Origin: Leucoraja erinacea | Taxonomy: Eukaryota | DNA length: 64,000 bases | NCBI RefSeq assembly: GCF_028641065.1 | Contig: NC_073389.1 | Location: forward strand, 8,804,001-8,868,000 | Reading direction: 5' to 3' | Shown here: positions 61,481-64,000 of the stretch, piece by piece | Position numbering within the stretch: the first letter of the stretch is position 1 | Layout of the letters: each line of letters starts with the position of its first letter | Made by a program: the position numbers and the translations under genes | The notes under the pieces: model-generated | Databases searched by the model: none | What the model saw: the letters and a program-made list of their open reading frames with translations, nothing else | What the model was told of the DNA's origin: nothing

Positions 61481-62941
61481 TAGCCCTCATTCATGTGTCC
61501 TGACCTAATGCTTCTAATTTTGGTGCCAGCCTGAAAAATGTAACGACCATTCTTATGAATCTCCTATTTTTGTGTGGAATATTTTCCTGTTCACTTTGAA
61601 GAACATTGATATTCTTTGCACAATGGTAACACAACTCAGATTTAATCATCTAAAAGAGGCTTATTCCCAGAAGAGAAAGACTTCCTTGTTGTACAGAAAT
61701 CTATGCCTAAGTTTGGGTGAAACAGACAGCACCCGTAGTCGGGATCGAACCCGAGTCTCCGGCGTGGCAAGCACTGTAAGGCAGCAACTCTACCGCTGCG
61801 CCACCATGCCACAAAATGTGTGTGTGTGTGTGTGTACTGTATCTTTTGTCTATGCCATCCAACATTTAATGGGTCCAGGATTAGGTTCATCAGAAAATGT
61901 TGAGCTTATGAGAACAATACTCTTACTGTGAAGAAATAGATATGAATATTGAACAAGAGCTCAAATGTTTATTTATCTCACCATTATTTATCACGGACTT
62001 GGTCATATTTTTTCCAGAATACAACTATTGATTGATATCCTGATGGTGAAAAAATTAATTAAATTCTTTCAAACTGATGAAAGAAAATCCATTACTATTT
62101 ACACACTTTGCCTATAATTTATACTGTTAGTAGTGAATGCCAATCAGTCTACAATTCATTCATGGCACAAGCAAGCATAAGAACATTGTCTGTCCTTCCC
62201 CTTCAAATAGTATGATAACAAAAAATATTAGCCTGTAAAGTCTAGAAATTGTTATGAATATTAACATCAGTAGATGGATGTTAAGCATTATATAACATAC
62301 CTGTTAGCTGTTTCAGTACAGATGCATATTTTAACCATAAAGCAGATATATGCTTATCATGTTAAACATGAATTTGCAGCTTTTTGCCTGTTATTCCTGA
62401 ACAATGCAAAATATTTATTTCTAATCTTTGCAATTCTTTAGCAAACAATGCACTCTTATCAGCTGCACACTGAATTGCGAAAGGAAAGGCTAATTATATA
62501 TTCCTGTTTAATTTAATTTTAGGTTTTATTATACATGACAGCGAAGCAAAATGTAAGTACGGTATCATTATTAATAGGCTTCATTTTTACACTAGATACC
62601 ACAATTGCAAATAATGGTATTTCAACAAAAGGTTTCCGAATGAGATATAGGGTCATTTTATGGACTTAAGGGGTGGGGTATTGTGTGACGAATGTATGAT
62701 ATAAAGCTCATAAGAGATGTTACAGTATTTTTTGCTGTAAAAGGGATCCGTGCTGAATGGCTGCAGGCATCTTAGGCTGATGATAAATATTAGCAAAAGT
62801 GACAATAAAGCTGTTGAAATTACATTTGTCCCCCCAGGGGAGAAAATCTGCCGTTCTTTACTGATCCACGCCAACACAAATAGCTTATAACCACCAGTCA
62901 ATGGTGCTAAACTGTTAAAAGACGAAAATTAAATTAAACAT

Positions 62942-63237
62942 GGCACGGTGGTGCAGCAGTAGAGTTGCTGTCTCACAGCACCAGAAACCCGGGTTCCATC
63001 CTGACGTCGGGTGCTGTCTGTACGGACTTTGTACGTTCTCCCCGTGACCACGTGGGTTTTCCCCAGGATCTCCGGTTTCCTCCTGCATTCCAAAGACATA
63101 CAGGTGTGCAGGCTAATTGGCCTGGCATCATTGTAAATTGTCCTTACTGTGTGTAGGATATTGTACGTGTGTGGGGATCTCTCGGTGCGCCGAAGGGCCT
63201 GTTTCCGCGCTGTAACGCTAAACTAAAATGAACTAAA
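62942..63237 (+). mobile_element. HE1/V-SINE
   Basis: ggcacggtggtgcagcagtagag...gaagggcctgtttccgcgctgt...aaactaaa. Confidence 0.85.
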
Positions 63238-63499
63238 GATCGCTGGGTTACAGTCTCAGGAGAAAAATAGGACATGATGGTACACATGAACTGAAAGAAG
63301 GCGAGTCTGGTGGTGGAAGGTTGGTGTCAACCAGAATGGACCTCAGTAGACTGTCTAGGCATTGGAACAGCAGAATAGAAATGCAGCAATGATGGGGAGT
63401 TGGACATTACAAGGGAACGACAGAGTTCTATGTAGCTTCCAGCTACTGGGAGAATGTGTTGCTCATCTGGTGCCGGGAGAGAAGTCCAAAAATAGCCAG

Positions 63500-63675
63500 A
63501 CGGAAGATAAACACAAGATGCTGGAGTAACTCCGCAGGGCAGGCAGCATCTCTGACGAGACCCGAAACGTCACCCATTCCTTCTCTCCAGAGATGCTGCC
63601 TGTCTCGCTGAGTTACTCCAGCATTTTGTGTCTGGCTTTGGTTTAAACCAGCATCCGCAGTTCCTACCTACACAT
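63500..63675. mobile_element. Palindromic Penelope pLTR pair
   Basis: acacaagatgctggagtaactc...gagttactccagcattttgtgt. Confidence 0.7.
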
Positions 63676-64000
63676 TTCATAGCTAGAGAGACAATCCAGG
63701 GGTTACTGTGATATAATTGCATGTGGAAAAAATATAATGACACCCAAGGGAATACAAGAAGCTACATGGACCTGAAGATCAAATAGCCTGTTTTTGCTCT
63801 AATCTCCTTAACTTTGTGCTATATGTACACAGAGATGGTCATGTAAAAGTAAGGGATAAAATAAGAATACTGGTGTGTAAGAATACTTATTTGGATGAAT
63901 AAGCATATTTATTTTCTCTATATTCTCATCAACTCCGTCCAAATTAGTGTATTGTCATGTAATACAGTGAGAAGAGTTTGTTGCACGCTAGGCAGTCAGT

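Noticed and set aside
59480-64000. Search for the upstream FRMPD4 PDZ exon (GGPSEGKLIPGDQI-like)
   Set aside because: Not found by eye; it probably lies beyond the window end.

Overview
Eukaryotic, repeat-dense vertebrate DNA. The repeat inventory (HE1/V-SINE-type tRNA SINEs sharing a 3' tail with CR1/HER1 LINEs, abundant Penelope fragments) points to a cartilaginous fish, probably a skate or ray; this is an inference. The window lies inside one large minus-strand gene, FRMPD4 (Preso1). Seven internal coding exons (59479-59434, 47022-46918, 45737-45630, 16870-16739, 10016-9897, 7019-6883, 560-434; 775 bp) have canonical AG/GT boundaries and compatible phases. They encode the end of the PDZ domain, the linker and most of the FERM domain. 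Both gene ends lie outside the window. The introns are mostly decayed mobile elements: CR1, Rex1/Babar, L2, L1 and RTE LINE fragments, Penelope-like elements, tRNA SINEs and 12 PIF/Harbinger-type MITEs, many nested, plus one 133-N gap. Most notable: (i) a GC/CpG-rich non-coding retroelement family with a CTCF-like plus YY1-like head, a covarying hairpin and a Rex/Babar-type tail; (ii) an L1 with a twin-priming 5' inversion and a 14-bp TSD; (iii) hammerhead-like cores in palindromic Penelope terminal repeats; (iv) a Penelope-bounded inverted duplication; (v) a bipartite RTE element. Repeat boundaries and family assignments were made by eye and are approximate.
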